This document shows, in pieces, positions 1-15,678 of a stretch of 64,000 nucleotides of DNA. Location of the stretch: contig OZ231126.1 of the NCBI GenBank assembly GCA_965153355.1, positions 4,216,001 to 4,280,000 on the forward strand, read 5' to 3'. The notes under the pieces were generated by a model. The model ran no database searches. It saw nothing but the letters and a program-made list of their open reading frames with translations, and had not been told where the DNA came from. Position 1 is the first letter of the stretch, and the number at the start of each line of letters is the position of its first letter. This stretch comes from Flaccisagitta enflata. Lineage: Eukaryota. Made by a program: the position numbers and the translations under genes.

Positions 1-253
1 GTGGTGGTGGTGGTGGTGGTAATGGTTTTGGTGGGGGTGGTGGTGGTGGTGGTGGGGGTGGTGGTGGTGGTGATGGTGGTGGTGGTGGTGGTGGTGGTTG
101 CGGCGGCGGCAGTGGTTGTGGCGGTCACTGAGGTAATGGTGGAGTTGGGTGGTTCGAATTCCTGAATAACGAGTTCTTTATATAAGTCACTTAGACCATC
201 GCCATCCCTCGATTCAATTATATTTTTCCTTACCTTTATTCGTCTCTTTTTTT

Positions 254-337
<84 letters not shown>

Positions 338-357
338 TTTTTCTTTTTTTCCTTTTT

Positions 358-424
<67 letters not shown>

Positions 425-502
425 ATCTTTCTTTCTTTCTTTTTTCGCTTGATTCTTCCTATCTTTCTTTCTTTCTTTTATTCTTTCTTTCTTTCTTTCT
501 TT

Positions 503-560
<58 letters not shown>

Positions 561-700
561 CACTTGCTTGCTTGCTTGCTTGCTTGCTTTCTTTCTTTCT
601 TTCTTTCCTTCTTTCTTTCTTTTTCTCTTTGTTTATGTCTTCATTCATTCATTCATTCATTCATTCATTCATTCATTCATTCATTCATTCATTCATTTGT
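1..700. repeat. Simple-repeat cluster (GGT)n, (CTTT)n, (CTTG)n, (ATTC)n
   Basis: Directly visible microsatellites; they explain the low-complexity ORFs here. Confidence 0.95.
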
Positions 701-1239
701 TCACTCTGTCCACTTCTTTAGATGCTAAGATTCGATTACAATGCTATGTTTTTTCCGTTGAGGAGTCCTTATATGGCACTTTTCTATCTTTCTTTGAGCC
801 CTCCGTGATGGAGAACAGAGCGAGCATGTGGGCGTATTCATAGTGAAGACAACAAACATGCTCATTTCTCGTTAATCGCATTAACAGTGTGAACACATTC
901 AAAGTTTTAACTTGAAGCGTAAACACATTCAAATTTCAACTAAACCATGAGGAAGTAGGCAGCATAAGAAAGCAAGCCCTTGAATAGAGCTAGTTAACGA
1001 AATGTAAGGCTGCAGAGTGAATGAGCGGAGCAAGCAGTGTGAGCAATAAAACGCAGTGAGCAATCGAGTGGCCCGTTACGGTTACGGTTAGAAACGCGAT
1101 TGTCCATATGTGGAAACGGGCCCGGAGACAGAGACGCAGAAACAGAATGAGACTGACTGACAAAAAAGTCAAAAATAGAAAAGTGGAAAATTGAATAACG
1201 TCGCCAGGTCAATACCACTAGTTCAGTAGTTGTCGAAAA

Positions 1240-1470
1240 CCTCATCATTGTCTTGTCACCATTGTCATGTTATCATTTTCATGTCACCATTGTCATGTCA
1301 CCATTGTCATGTCACCATTGTCATGTTATCATTGTCGTGTAACCATTGTCATGTTATCATTGTCATGTCGCCATTAGTATGTCATCATTATGATGTCACC
1401 ATTGTCATGTTATCATTTTCATGTCACCATTTTCATGTCACCATTGTCATGTCACCATTGTCATGTTATC
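1240..1470. repeat. 14-bp minisatellite (TGTCATGTCACCAT-like)
   Basis: Degenerate tandem copies visible. Confidence 0.85.
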
Positions 1471-1563
1471 AGTCGAGTTATTGTGTTCCATGATAATGGA
1501 ACACTTAATACCCACATTTGTCTCCATCTTCTTCTCCGTTACCCAGAATTCTCCATGTAAAAA

Positions 1564-2790
1564 ATGTCTGTCACACATCCTAGAATTCTCCAGTGTCCGT
1601 CACACAACCCAGTTTTCTCCGAATGTCCGTCACACCACCCAGTATTCTCCGAATGTCTGTCACACAACCCAGTTTTTTCCGAATGTCCGTCACACAACCC
1701 AGTTTTCTCTGAATGTCCGTCACACAACCCAGTTTTCTCCGAATGTCCGTCACACATCCTAGAATTCTCCAGTGTCCGTCACACAACCCAGTTTTCTCTG
1801 AATGTCCGTCACACCACCCAGTATTCTCCGAATGTCTGTCACACAACCCAGTTTTCTCTGAATGTCCGTCACACATCCTAGAATTCTCCAGTGTCTGTCA
1901 CACAACCCAGTTTTTTTGAATGTCCGTCACACAACCCAGTTTTCTCCGAATGTCCGTCACACAACACAGTTTTCTCCAAATGTCTGTCACACAACCCAGT
2001 TTTCTCCGAATGTCCGTCACACCACCCAGTTTTCTCCAAATGTCTGTCACACAACCCAGTTTTCTCCAAATGTCCGTCACACATCCTAGAATTCTCCAGT
2101 GTCTGTCACACAACTCAGTTTTTTCCGAATGTCCGTCACACAACCCAGTTTTCTCCAAATGTCCGTCACACAACACACTTTTCTCCGAATGTCTGTTACA
2201 CAACCCAGTTTTCTCCAAATGTCCGTCACACAACCCAGTTTTCTACAAATGTCCGTCACACAAACCAGTTTTCTCCAAATGTCTGTCACACCACCCAGTA
2301 TTCTACGAATGTCCGTTACACAACCCAGTTTTCTCCGAATGTCCGTCATACCACTCAGTTTTCTCCAAATGTCCGTCACACAACCCAGTTTTCTCCAAAT
2401 GTCCGTCACACAACACAGTTTTCTCTGAACGTCCGTCACACAACCCAGTTTTCTCCAAATGTCCGTCACAGAACCCAGTTTTTTCCGAATGTCCGTCACA
2501 CCACCCAGTTTTCTACAAATGTCCCTCACACAACCCAGTTTTTTTCTGAATGTCCATCACACAACCCAGTTTTCTCCGAATGTCCGTCACAGAACCCAGT
2601 TTTCTCTGAATGTCCGTCACACAACCCAGTTTTCACCAAATGTCCGTCTCACAACCCAGTTTTTTTTCTAAATGTCCGTCACACAACCCAGTTTTTGCCA
2701 AATGTCCGTCACAAAACCCAGTCTTCTCTGAATGTTTGTCACACAACCCAGTTTTCTCCAAATGTCCATCACACAACCCGGTTTTTCCGG
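1564..2790. repeat. 30-bp minisatellite TGTCCGTCACACAACCCAGTTTTCTCCGAA, ~40 copies
   Basis: Tandem unit visible, with an interspersed variant containing CACATCCTAGAATTCTCCAG. Confidence 0.95.
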
Positions 2791-2812
2791 TTTTTCACTC
2801 TAATGTTCCACT

Positions 2813-2977
2813 GCCACAGGCGGCAGTGGGACCGCCCACAGGCGGCAGTGGGACCACCCACAGGCGGCAGTGGGACCGCCCACAGGCGGCAGTGGGGCCG
2901 CCCACAGGTGGCAGTGGGACCGCCCATAGGCGGCAGTGAGGTCGCCCATGGATGGTAGTTAGGCCGCCCACAGGCGG
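2813..2977. repeat. 22-bp GC-rich minisatellite CGGCAGTGGGACCGCCCACAGG, ~7 copies
   Basis: Tandem unit visible. Confidence 0.9.
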
Positions 2978-3371
2978 CCATTATCTACATCACAGATTTG
3001 TCTAGTTATTATTATTAGATTTGTTTTATGAATTATTGCCTTTCTTTTTCACGCCAAATCAAGTTTTCGTGGAACACAATATGGCGAACGCCACTGGTTT
3101 AGACTCGGAAGAACTTTGTCCGTCTGTCTCCCGCTCGAGTCTGTTAATCATTCTGATTGTCTGTCTGTTCCCGTCTGTATGTCTCTCTGCCTGTTCATAT
3201 GTTTAGTTGTCTGTCGGTCTGTTTCTCATTCTGTGTGTATCCCAGTCTCTCCCTCTCTTTCTCTCTCTCTCCCTCTGTCTGTCTGTCTGTCTGTCTGTCT
3301 TTCTGTCTGTCTGTTATTCTGTCTGTCTCTGTCTCTCTCTCTCTGTCTCTCTGTCTCTCTGTCTCTCTCTG

Positions 3372-3438
<67 letters not shown>

Positions 3439-3674
3439 CAGTCGTATTTACAACATGAATAAATTCCAAAATAACCGTAGGCAATCGAACGAAGGATGTC
3501 AAGTCATATTTTCGAGATTGTTTTTCCATTTCAATGGCAACAGATGGTTAATTGGAATTAAGTATTTCAAGCACCTTGCACGTTTATTGTTCCCTTTTTT
3601 TTCTGTAGTTTTTTTTTATTTTGTTTGCGCCATTAGTGCAATCCTCTTGAATTCACTTGAAAAATCATCTTGAA

Positions 3675-3870
<196 letters not shown>

Positions 3871-4392
3871 AAAAAATTGACAGACTGTAGAATTGCAACT
3901 CAAGAGGAAGAGAGAGAATAGAAACCATAATTGGATTTCTATGGCAGTTGTGTAGAATTTGCAAGTGAACTAAGTGTTATGTTTTACCACGCCTTTGCAT
4001 ATGAGGTCTAGGGATGTGGAAGCATTCAATTTTCTTGTCGACTCCACTGCTTTAGCTGCCGCTTCCGCTTCCGCCTCCGCTTTTATCTTACATCCTACAA
4101 ATGCTAGAAGATATCCCACACACCAAATTGGAGGCCGGCATCCGCTTTTGCATCCCTGATTCATACAATGAGGGCGTGTTTATAGTGAAGACGAAAAATG
4201 CGTTTGTTCCCCTGAAACGCGATAACAGCGTGAACACATATTCAAGAATTTCAACTGTCCCACAAGGGATTGAGCGAAGTGAGTGAGCGAGCCCGTGAAC
4301 GGAGCGAGCGAGCGGAGTGAGCGGTGCGAGCGAACAAACGTAGCGAGCGACCGAGTGGCCCTTTCAAAACAAGATCGTCTTTGACTAGAAAC

Positions 4393-5246
4393 CAGGCCTG
4401 TATATTCTTGAGTTTTCCCCCCCCCCGGGGGGGGGGGGAAAAAAATCAAAGGATCTGGAGATGGGGAAGGAAATCTAAGGGAGGAAAAAGAGAAAACTAG
4501 TCATCCAAGGATCGCACATGGTCAGCGGTACCCAATGCCCTGCTGGGAGTGATCCAGTGAAGAAGTGGAGTGAGAGCAGGGCAGCGGCCCCAAAAGGCCG
4601 ATGTCCTGTAGAACACAGGGGGGAATTTCCATACGTCCTGAGGAGGCACATTTCTGGCAATAGATGACTGATTCAGGCCAAAGAAGGCATATTTGAAGGC
4701 TGGAGGGCAGAATTTAGGCTTTGAGAGTGGATTTGAGGTTTGGAGGGCAAATTTGAGCCACAGAGGGCTGATTTGATGCTTGGAGGCCTAGTTGAAGGTC
4801 TGGAGGGCAGATCTGAGGTCTGTAGGTCAGATTTGAAGCGGGGGGGGGCTGATTTGAGGCCTAGAAGGCTGATTTGAGGCCTGGAGGGCTAAATTTAGGG
4901 CTGGGAGGGCAAATTTGAGGCCTTGATGGCCAACGGGGGGGGACGGACGGACGGACGGACGGACGTATGGAAATTCCCCCCTGTGTTCTACAGGACATCG
5001 GCCCTTTGGGGCCGCTGCCCAAAAAGGAAATTTGGGGAAAATATAACTTTTTACAGTACCAAATCATAAAACTCAATTAGTAGAACATAATTTAACACTA
5101 TTTAAACCTTTACTACATAGTTTTATTGCTATGTGGGGAAGAAAATCATGGATATAAAAATGCGACGCGACGCGTCGCGGGGAAGAAAATCAAAGGCAGG
5201 GGGGGGGGGAAAAAAATCAAAAGCGACTCAAGAATATACACCCCTG
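4393..5246. mobile_element. Non-autonomous hAT-type element
   Basis: Termini CAGGCCTGTATA...TATACACCCCTG, exact 8-bp TSD CTAGAAAC (4385-4392, 5247-5254). Related copies at ~18754-18933 and ~23042-23671. Confidence 0.85.
4495..5025 (+). mobile_element. HINE/DINE-1-like (Helentron-associated) element
   Basis: Subterminal inverted repeat GGGCAGCGGCCCC...GATGTCCTGTAGAACACAGGG, central ~20-bp tandem repeats, (GGAC)n, A-rich insertion site; absent from the 23042 copy of the host element. Confidence 0.65.
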
Positions 5247-5507
5247 CTAGAAACGCCCCCTGATTCCCTTGCTGAGCCTCTAACATGAGATTGACCGTTA
5301 CGTTCGATCAAGTGGCTGAATCGGTCGGTCGCTCCGTCCGTCAGACCGTTCACCAAACCCAGCAGTTTTTTCTTATGCTTCACCGCTCCCAGGCTGCTTC
5401 TGCATCCCTAATTCTTCACCCTTCGCGAAATAGGGCTTTTTCTTGTTCCTTCAAATTCGTAGTCGGCAAATGGCAAAATCTTAATTGAACAAACAGACCG
5501 ATTGATC

Positions 5508-5583
<76 letters not shown>

Positions 5584-5625
5584 TAGACAGATAGACAGAC
5601 AGACAGACAGACAGACCGACAGACC

Positions 5626-5656
<31 letters not shown>

Positions 5657-6329
5657 CGACAACATAACAAATCGTCAATGTCGAATTTGGATAGAGTCCG
5701 AAAAGGTGTCCGACTTGAAACTTAAGCACTAGATTCCATCAAAACAAAGTCTATTGTTCACTCTATTGTCATTTTTTCGAGTTCTCCCCTCAAAACTTTT
5801 CAACTTTCTTCTAGCTTTTCCACTTTTTTAAAACTTCTTCCCAACTTTCATTTATCCTTTACCTGCCTACGCTCCCTCTTCCTCCTTCTCCTCCTCCTTC
5901 TCCTCCTCCTCCTTCTCCTCTCTCACCTTCCATTTATTTATCCACTTATCAATTTTAATGTCCACGTCAACAAATTTATCCTCCCACAGGGAAAAAAGTC
6001 AAAACTTCATGGCCAACGCAACTACATCATAACTTTGTGATAACAACGACATTATAACTACACCAAAACACCCAAAAATCATTACTGACACTCCTTTTGA
6101 ATCATGATCATGATCTAATGCAAATATGCAATTACTGAACTTGCCCATTCAGAAATGTGTTGGTTGCTCTTTTTTATGGAAACAAATCGGACAAACGTCC
6201 AGACAGACTGGGTGAGCTAAGGCAGATGGGAGACATCAAGTCAGACATTCTGAAAGACATTCAGACGGACAATTGGACATAGACTATCCCAATGTCAAAG
6301 CGGATGGAAAGAGCAGTTTAGCCTTAGCA

Positions 6330-6680
6330 CAATGCCTGATACCCAATGCCTGATACCCAATGCCTGATGCCTGATGCCTGATACCCAATGCCTGATGCCC
6401 GATGCCCAATACCCGATGCCCAATGCCCAATGCCCAATGCCCAATGCTCAATGCCCAATGCTCATTGCCCAATGCCTGAAGCCAATGCCCAATGCCCAAT
6501 GCCTGATGCTTGATGCCTGATGCCCGATGCCCAATGCCCAATGCCTAATGTATGCCTGGTGTTCAATGCCTGATGCCTGATGCCAGATACCCCATGCCCG
6601 ATGCCCAATGTACAATGCTCATTGCCCAATGCCCGATGCCCAACGCCCGATATCCGATGCCCGATACCCGATGCCCATCC
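6330..6680. repeat. Degenerate 7-bp satellite (ATGCCCA/ATGCCTG)
   Basis: Visible tandem units. Confidence 0.85.
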
Positions 6681-6980
6681 CTTCAACATCATTATTCCCC
6701 AAAAGTATTGTGTTTGACTTTTACTGGATTCTTCTTTACCTTTCTGTTGCTCTCACCTTCATCCTCCTTTTCCACCACTTCCTCTTCCTCTTCCTCCTCT
6801 TCCTCTTCATCTTCCTCTTTATTCTCTTCATTCAATTCATCCTTCTTCCTCACCTTAACCGTCTCCTCCTCCTCTTCCTCTTCCTCCTCCGCCTCATCAA
6901 TATTTGTATTTGCCTTGTCACTTGAAGCAAAAACCGTTCAAACTTAAAGTATTTTCCGATTTATATTTTATGCCTTTAAT

Positions 6981-7079
<99 letters not shown>

Positions 7080-9732
7080 TGAGAGATGTGAGAGATGTGA
7101 CAGAGAGACAACGAAGCACTTCTACGGCAAATTTGCATCGAAGTTTTGGTAGACATCTGAAAAGTCCAACTTAGATAAGATGAATATTTCGCCCTCTCAA
7201 AAAAAGAGAGATACCTACGAATAATATTTCTCATAAATTTTGATGAGTTCTCTCTCTCTCTCTCTTTCTCTCTCTCTCGCTCTCCACACAGGTTGAAAGA
7301 TTGAAATAGGTGAAACGTTAGAAGCATCAAGAGACAACTTCGCTAAATACGTTTCGTAAGTGGGAACTAAGTTTTGAAGCTCGAAATTATTAATGTGGTT
7401 TGATATCGACTTATCTTTTGCTTTAAATCAAACAGAAAAGCAAGTCCATCGTTGGGTCCAATGTCATCTCCCAAAAATTCATCATCGAAATTTGTCACCG
7501 AGTGTAACATTAAAAGTTATCACAAACAGAAAAATGTCACCATGTCAAATATGTGTTCATTGTCCAATGTGCCCAGGATTTTCATGGTTTTCTCCTTCCT
7601 AATCTATTTTCTTTCATTTTCTTTTTCTATTCTCCTTCTTCTTCCTCCTCTTCTTCTTCTTCTTCTTCTTCTTCTTCTTCTTCTTCTTCTTCTTCTTTTT
7701 CTTCTTCTTCTTCTTCTTCTTCTTCTTCTTCTTCTTCTCTTTTTTCTTTTTCTTCTCCTTCTTTTTCTTGATCTTCTTCCTTCTTTTTCTTGCTCTTTTT
7801 CTTTTTCCTTTTTCTTCTTCTTCTTCTTCTTCTTCTTCTTCTTCTTCTTCTTCTTCTTCTTCTTCTTCTTCTTCTTCTTCTTCTTCTTCTTCTTCTTCTT
7901 CTTCTTCTTCTTCTTCTTCTTCTTCTTCTTCTTCTACTTCTTCTTCTTCTGCTTATTTCTTACTTCATGTTCTTGTTATTGTTCTTCATGTTCTTGTTCT
8001 TCTTGTTTTTCATTTTCTTCTTCTTCTTCTTCTTCTTTTGCTTTTTCATTTACTTTTTAACCTCTTTTTTTATCCTTCTTTTCTTTCCCCATCCCCACGA
8101 TGACTTAAGAGGGCGTAAAATCGAGGGTAAGGTAAAAGAGGAAGAGGAGGAGGAGAAGGAGGAGGAGGAGGAGGAGGAGGATAAGAAGGAGGAAGAATGG
8201 AAAGATGTTGAGGTTGGTAAGGAGTTGTGCAAACAGAAAAAGCCTCAACATAATCATTTGCCAGTACAACGCCGCTGCCTTTCCATCACCTTCAAAAAAA
8301 AGATCCTTGACTGCTGCATTCGCTGCTGCTGTTACTGCTGTTGCTGTTGCTGCTGCTGTTGCCGCCCAAGTGATTGAAAAAAAAGCCACTGACGTGGAGG
8401 TTGACTCTATGTGTGTACTCACCTTGGGTGACAGTAAAGTAAGGCGCGAGATGCGGAACGTGCGATGGGAGACTGATGGAGGGGTGATGGAAGGGTGATG
8501 GAAGGGTGATGTAGCTGGTGGAGGGGAGGAAAGAGAAGGAGAGGAAGAAGAAGATGATGAAGATGAAGATGAAGATGATGAAGAAGAAGAAGGAGGAGCA
8601 AGTTGATCAAAGACAAAGGAACAGTTAGTTGTGGAGAAAGAGAGATGAGGAAAATCGAAATGGGGCAAAACTAGTTGAAGCCTATGATAATGTGTGGGTG
8701 GGCAAGGGCAATGATGAAAAGGCTAATTAAGACATTGAGCGGGCCAGTCAACTTATCAATGCCGGATGCGCGGCATTCTTGGTACCTAAGGTGGGTAGGG
8801 CCAGTACTTCAGTAGGTACAACAGTAATACATTAGTAGAAGGTCAGTTTGGCAATTTGTCAGGAGCGGCAACGCAACAATTACGCTAAATCAATAAACAA
8901 GGTGGACGGACGGATGGATTAACGCATATATATCTCGACGGACCGATGGACAGGCCTAAAATTTGTCATAAGAAAAAAAAAAAAAAAAAAAAAAAAAAAA
9001 ACATAAATACAAAATCAAAAAAACAAAACAAAACAATACAAAACAAAACAAAACAAACTACTTGCTGAACTAGAAAAGCCTGTAGTTCTTTCATTAGTCC
9101 ATCTAGAAATGGACTGACGGACAGACCATGACGCTGTCACGGACGCTTGAAGACTCTCAATTGCGCTACAAAAAGTCATTAATAAACTTTTACGATGTGT
9201 TGCCGTCGTTTTGAGTTGGTGCTGTTGCTGATGCTGTTGCTGCTGTTGCTGTCGTTTTGGGTTGCTGTAGTTGAAGAGCTGCAGCTGAGACGTTTGCAGG
9301 TAAGCTGCCATGGAGGCTATTTTCATGATCGGATTTTTTTTTAATGCAGGAGGAGGGAAGTTGTTTGCATCTTTCTGTCATACCCTGAATTCTATTTCTA
9401 ACTTTTCTTTTTTCTCACTCCCTCTTTTTAGCTGCGTCCTCACATCTCTATATGATAGGCTGTGTCCGTTGGTTGGTTGGATTGTCTGTTGGTCAGTAAA
9501 AAAGTGGTACCAATCCAGCGAAAATGGCATACATGAAATGATTCATTCAACAAATTATTCATTCATTCATAAATGTCATAGATTCATAAAAACATTCATT
9601 CATAAAAAACATTCATTCGCAAAAAACGTTTGTTAAAAGAGGACTCATCCTCAGCCTTCTTGGCCTTGTTTCTTTTTGTATCACTCTTCTTCTTTACCTT
9701 CTTTTTTTCGGCTGCATTACTTTTTTCCTTCT

Positions 9733-9813
<81 letters not shown>

Positions 9814-9817
9814 TTTT

Positions 9818-9897
<80 letters not shown>

Positions 9898-9906
9898 AAT
9901 TTTTTT

Positions 9907-9970
<64 letters not shown>

Positions 9971-10108
9971 ATATTTCGTCTTTATCTTCAGCTTCTTCAT
10001 TTCCTTCACGCAAATTCTTTGTACCTTCAACAGCATCGGTCAACCTCAACATCATTCACAAATTTTTGTTTATTTGATTTCTTCTGAATGCTATTCAATT
10101 TTCCCCAA

Positions 10109-10224
<116 letters not shown>

Positions 10225-10515
10225 ACTCTTTCTTACCAAAATAAAGGCAAACCAAAATGCAAAACAACTTCAGATGCCGATGATGAGGGAAAACCAAATT
10301 AAAACACAAACCAAAAAGAAAAAAAAAAGAAAAAAAGAAAGAAGAGAAAAGAAGAAAAAAAGAGGGAGAAGTCAATATAAGTAACACTTGCTGAGTATAG
10401 TCATCTTTGGAACTACCAGCATTCCTGTATGAGTCTTTTTTCAGACTTGATTTCTTTTCCTTTTCTTTTCCAAGATTGTGGTTGGGAAGTCGGGACTCGA
10501 TTTTTGTGCCCGTTA

Positions 10516-10767
10516 GGGCGTGTTTCTAGTGAGCGCCAAAAACGCGTTTGTTCCCATGAAACGCGATAACAGTGTGAACACATACCCAAGAATTTCAACC
10601 GTCCAACGAGGGAGTGAGCAAAGTGAGTGAGCGAGCCCGTGAACGGAGCGTAGCAAAGCGGAGCGCTGCGGAGCGAGTGAGCGGAGTGAGCGGTGCGAGC
10701 GAACGAACGTAGCGAGCGACCGAGTGGCCCTTTCAAAACGCGATCCTCTTAGACTAGAAACGCCCCC
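10516..10767. mobile_element. PIF/Harbinger-type MITE
   Basis: TIR GGGCGTGTTTCTAGT...ACTAGAAACGCCCCC, TTA TSD (10513-15, 10768-70). Confidence 0.85.
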
Positions 10768-11375
10768 TTAGTCGCGTATCTGCGGGTGCCCATTTGTGGT
10801 GGCAATCAGCCAACAACTTTTTTTCCTTCGCTAAGATTAGGATGCAAAATAGACAGAAGATTTTCAAAAAATTCGCACTTTAATTTTGAAAAAGACATGA
10901 TTAATGTAAAAATGAGGTGCGGCATGAATTCGTGCTTCTATTGATTCGTGCTTCTATAGATTTTTTTCAGATGTGTGTACATGTTTTATTGTATGAACCG
11001 TATCATTGTCATGAAATTATGAAGCACATATACAATCAAACATCATCATGGTTAATAGAAAATCCATTTAGATTCCAAATTTCGTGTTTCCAAGATGGGA
11101 TAATAATGAGTGCTTTGTTACCTTACATGATCACAGGACCTAGAAGATGATTGGGGTGATATTATGGCGTCGCAATCTCGTCGCAATTGATAAGATTGAA
11201 ACTTAGCGCGATCTAGAAAAAGCAATTTGTGTCGCATTGACGCTGAAAGTAGGACTGAGGATCATCAAGGGCAGAAACATCAAACAGTCAGTCACTAAAC
11301 GGGTGAAATTGGAATTTGTGTGAGAGAAAACATTTCATAGTTGGCTTAAGAAAAGTTTGCGTTTAAAGGCACTTA

Positions 11376-11955
11376 ACAGGGTGTGCAAAAAAATCCGCAC
11401 TCGTCATCATTTTTTCTAAAATAACACCTAAAATTTGAGAAATTCTTTCAAGCTAATGTTTAAAATTAAAGATTAAGTTATTTTCATAGTTTAGATAAAG
11501 AATTATTATAGGTATGGTAAATAGAAGAGTACATTTTTAGACTAATAAAGACATAACTAGAATGTTACAAAGATATTTTTCTTGTGAATGAATATCTATA
11601 TCTTGTCTAAATTCAATTGGTGTGTCATTTTTTTTACTGAAATCCCTTCTGCTTGACCTAACCATCTCCCCTCGATGCTTTTCTTCCAAAAATGATATGT
11701 CTAGGGGCCACTGGGGTAGTTATAACTTTCTTTTTTAGTAACAAAAAAAAAGTAACCAAAAGTAAGAAAATCTTACTTTTGGTTTCTTTTTAGATGCATA
11801 TCTTGGCCTTGTAAGGAAATTGTATTAGTTGTTCTTGATTTCTACTTTTAGTATAACCAACTAGGATCCTCTAGTTCAAATTTTAACTCAAAACTCCAAT
11901 GAGAAGTATGGTTTTTAAGCATTACACCGAGTGCGAATTTTTTTGCACACCCTGT
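11376..11955. mobile_element. Tc1/mariner-type MITE
   Basis: TIR ACAGGGTGTGCAAAAAAAT..CGCACTCG, TA on both flanks; counterpart at 57842-58427. Confidence 0.85.
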
Positions 11956-12856
11956 TACTTGGACCTCTATTGCCGGAGCATCAAATGGATAAACCTTCTT
12001 AGCCATACAGGGTCGCTTAGCGAGCAAAAGAAAAAAAAAATCTAAAAGATTTTCATTGATATTTTGAATGACTCGGACTGGATGTTAAACAAATCGATAG
12101 CAGCTTGTCTGACGACTGATACACGCGCGTGGGAGTTGTATCTGTGGGTCACAATTTATGGCAACACCTTTTCTCCGGTTGTTTATATCATCACTATTCC
12201 GAATTATAGATATTTTCAAAGGCGAGGAAGTTTCTGAAATTGGGGGAAGGCAGAAAAGGAAGAGTATTTTCTAAATTATTGTCACCCATTCAAAGCCAAA
12301 CTGTCTAAATTGCCATCAATTCAAGAATCGGGCTTTTGTTTGGGAGAGAACAAAATGGAAACAGAAATGAGATAACATTGACGGGATTGATCTATTAATG
12401 GCCCATGCTTCCTCATGGATTGGCCTTAATATGAAATGAAAGGGGGAATTCTTGAGTATCTCTTAAGCTATAAGCCATGCTTATTTACCAACTTGTCATA
12501 TCGCCTTAAAAAAAACATACAAACACGCTAACATACAAACATTTTCTCTTAGGTTTCTTTTATTAATCACATGACCCACAAAACAATGTTCTGAAACATA
12601 AAGCTTCCACCATTTTGAGCGGTAACTAGGGTAACGACAGTCGCTCTTGCGAAATCCGCCATAACAGAATTTGCAGTTCCAAAGAATTGCATTAACAAAA
12701 CCTACTAACCATTTTTCTGCCACTAACCATTTCTCTACTACTAACCATTTCACTGCCATTTCTCTGCCTCCTTCGCACGCGTGAATTTTAAAAGTTAACA
12801 AGTGTCAAAGCTGTACAAGCAAATTCAACAGAACCTCCCAGTAAGGCTGCCGAAAA

Positions 12857-13055
<199 letters not shown>

Positions 13056-13691
13056 GTTTCAGACGGAATGACAGAGATGGGAGAGAAAGATTGAGTCCAA
13101 TAGAGATACAAGAATGAAGGCAGTAAAAAGACAGAACAAGAGATAGTGTTTGATAGTACAGTGGAAAGAAGATAACAAAAGGGAAATAAATAGAAAAAGA
13201 AGATAGAAAACAATAAGATAGAGAAATAGAGGATATAGACAGAGAAATAGACAAGGAGTGGTGGTGAAAAAAAAGAGACAGACAGAGAAATAGACCGATA
13301 GAAGATTCAAAGAGAGTCGGAGAAACAGAAAAAGAAAAGATAGACAGAAAAATTGAAAGACAGAAGATAGAAAAAAGAGTGTTGGACATCCGAGAGAATT
13401 AGAAAAGATAGATAGAGAAAAAGACAAAAGATAGAAAAAGAGTGTTGGACATTCGAGACTGGGTAAATATGATGACTTAATTCTCGGTGAAGAGAAGAAA
13501 TTTTCTCTCACGACTGGAAGAATTGAATTACGATGACTTTTCAGACTCCAAAGTGAACATTCCACCTGGACCTGTCGCATCATCGGCGTCGTCGTCGTCG
13601 TCGTCGTCGCCATCGTAAGTGGCGTCGTCGTCGTCGTCTTCGTCGTTACCTTTTTCATCATCGTCGTCTTCATCATTACCGTCGTCATAAC

Positions 13692-14960
<1,269 letters not shown>

Positions 14961-15678
14961 ATCAACATCTCCATTCCTGTGACTAGTCTTTTTGATCCTT
15001 TCAGAGGCTCTTACCAGTAAGACATTTCACCATCATCGTCGTCGTCGTCTTCGTCGTCGTCGTTGTCGTCATCGTCGTCGTCGTCGTCGTCATCGTCATC
15101 ATCGTCATCATCTTTCCAGTAAGACCTTTCACCTGTGCTCCAGACAAAAAGGATTCGTGATATACAAATAAGTTTGATGATGATTTTATGTTCTCAACCA
15201 TTCTGTCTCCCTCAACAGATCTTTTGATCATCTTTTTTATCAATTTTTTTTCTTTTTTCTTTTTTTTCGTTCCTTCTTTATCTTTAGTCGCGTGTACGCG
15301 AATCTGCACCCCGCTTTGTCGATCGGTCGGTCGGTCGGTCGGTCGGTCGGTCGGTCGGTCGGTCGGTCGGTCGGTCGGTCGGTCGGTCGGTCGGTCTGTT
15401 CACCACACTTTTACTTTTTTCATCAATTTTATTTCTTTAAAGAGTGTGCTAAGTCATTCTAAGTCATTCCAAGTCAATCTGTAAGTCTCGTTGGTTGACC
15501 TTGTTTTTCCATACTCTCTTCTTTCTTTTTTTTTTCATTCGCTCTGTCCTTTATTTGTCTCTTTTTTTCCCTTTTTGCTGATTGTTCTTCACCTTGAGAG
15601 TATCTTTTGTCTAAGACGTTTCGTCTGAAACGCATCTTATTTAGGAGGTGGCATGTTTTGTAAGCAAAGTAATACATA

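Larger units (their letters stand above)
4172..5260. mobile_element. PIF/Harbinger-type MITE, interrupted by a nested hAT element
   Basis: Termini GGGCGTGTTT...CTAGAAACGCCCCC with 3-bp TGA TSD (4169-4171, 5261-5263); same family as 10516, 29642 and 60385. Confidence 0.8.

Noticed and set aside
1564-2790. CRISPR-like array or 355-aa repetitive protein
   Set aside because: Contiguous 30-bp units with no unique spacers and no cas genes; the ORFs arise from a stop-free unit whose length is divisible by 3.
13480-13620. Candidate exon conserved in both arms
   Set aside because: No consistent splice sites or recognisable protein; conservation is explained by the duplication itself.
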